In this document: positions 54,004 through 54,618 of the stretch, one piece after another
Position numbering within the stretch: position 1 is the stretch's first letter
Layout of the letters: every line of letters starts with the position of its first letter
IMG/VR virus record: IMGVR_UViG_3300027790_000003
Coordinates: 1-54,618 of that record
Reading direction: 5' to 3' (one strand)
DNA from: a virus
Lineage: Duplodnaviria > Caudoviricetes
DNA length: 54,618 bases
Notes under the pieces: generated by a model
What the model was told of the DNA's origin: nothing
The model's database searches: none
The model's input: the letters and a program-made list of their open reading frames with translations, nothing else
Made by a program: the position numbers and the translations under genes

Positions 54004-54618
54004 CCTACACCCCCACCCGGTAGATACTTCTTCAGACCCTCTAATGCCGTTTCGTTGTCCTCATAAAACAGGTGTGCCAGTTCCGGCACCAACAACCGCC
54101 CCGCTGTGTCGGGGGACGTTTTGGATTCCAGTTCCCTCCCACCGAGGGTTAGTGTAATCGCCCAACCCGCTACGCAGTGACAGGTTTCGCAAGTGTGCCA
54201 ATCGCCCATATTTAGGCCGTCTGTTTTGTGAGCCGCGATTGCGATCTGATGGAGTAGATCTTTCGGGCGGTCGGGGATGTCTGAGAAATTGGCCCCCTCC
54301 AGATTGGCACGCCGTAGATTGGCACGCCGTAGATTGGCAAACCGTAGATTGGCAGACTCCAGATCGGCACCCTCCAGATCGGCACCCCGCAGAACGGCAC
54401 CCCGCAGATTGGCATCCCATAGATTGGCAAACCGTAGATTGGCAAACCGCAGGTCGGCATCCCGCAGATTGGCAGACTCCAGATCGGCACGCCGTAGATT
54501 GGCAGACTCCAGATCGGCACCCTGTAGATTGGCAAACCGCAGGTCGGCATCCCGCAGATCGGCAAACCGCAGAACGGCACCCCGCAGATTGGCAGACTCC
54601 AGATCGGCATTACTTAGA
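54000..54618 (-). CDS. Pentapeptide-repeat protein, C-terminal part
   Basis: ADLES/ANLRF repeats run in frame into ...GLNMGDWHTCETCHCVAGW; joins 315..1. Confidence 0.88.
   Translation of the reverse strand, partial: LSNADLESANLRGAVLRFADLRDADLRFANLQGADLESANLRRADLESANLRDADLRFANLRFANLWDANLRGAVLRGADLEGADLESANLRFANLRRANLRRANLEGANFSDIPDRPKDLLHQIAIAAHKTDGLNMGDWHTCETCHCVAGWAITLTLGGRELESKTSPDTAGRLLVPELAHLFYEDNETALEGLKKYLPGGGVG
54492..54618. repeat. Terminal direct repeat (copy 2)
   Basis: Identical to 1-127. Confidence 0.95.

Noticed and set aside
54212-54610. ORF-track proteins MPIWSLPIC... and MGCQSAGC..., and 8..262 on the plus strand
   Set aside because: Alternative frames or antisense of the 15-nt pentapeptide repeats; the real frame is A(D/N)Lxx
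54290-54618. Repeat array as a CRISPR array or DGR
   Set aside because: Contiguous 15-nt coding units without spacers; no cas operon or reverse transcriptase in the genome
1-54618. Integrase, RNA polymerase or tape-measure gene
   Set aside because: No such motifs recognised; consistent with a non-integrating podovirus using host RNA polymerase

Overview
This window looks like a complete, circularly assembled genome (54,491 bp unique) of a podovirus-like tailed phage. Bases 1-127 are identical to bases 54492-54618, and a pentapeptide-repeat gene runs in frame across that junction. There are two divergent arms. The minus-strand early/replication arm (7555 leftward, through the junction, to 43328) encodes a Gp88-like Fe-S protein, an HTH regulator, a PAPS-reductase-like protein, a PD-(D/E)XK nuclease, a Sak4-like ATPase, a putative SSB, many small proteins, DUF1353, two beta-helix proteins and a UDG-fused family A DNA polymerase with an intein. 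The plus-strand arm (7760-43326) encodes TerS, TerL, an SF3-like helicase, a C5 DNA methyltransferase, portal, scaffold, a ~7.3 kb glycosyltransferase/methyltransferase island, major capsid protein, tail spike/fibre, lysis-like membrane proteins, tail proteins and three ejection-type proteins. The most notable observations are: (1) a glycan-building and O-methylation island between scaffold and capsid, a candidate virion-glycosylation system; (2) a C5 methyltransferase whose motif IX lies in a nested +1-frame ORF served by the same Shine-Dalgarno; (3) a highly structured capsid-gene leader RNA; (4) a tRNA-like RNA with an enlarged anticodon arm; (5) leaderless sigma70-type promoters driving packaging-region genes; (6) a polymerase with His at the 762 position. 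All calls come from motif recognition by eye; no database searches or folding programs were run.
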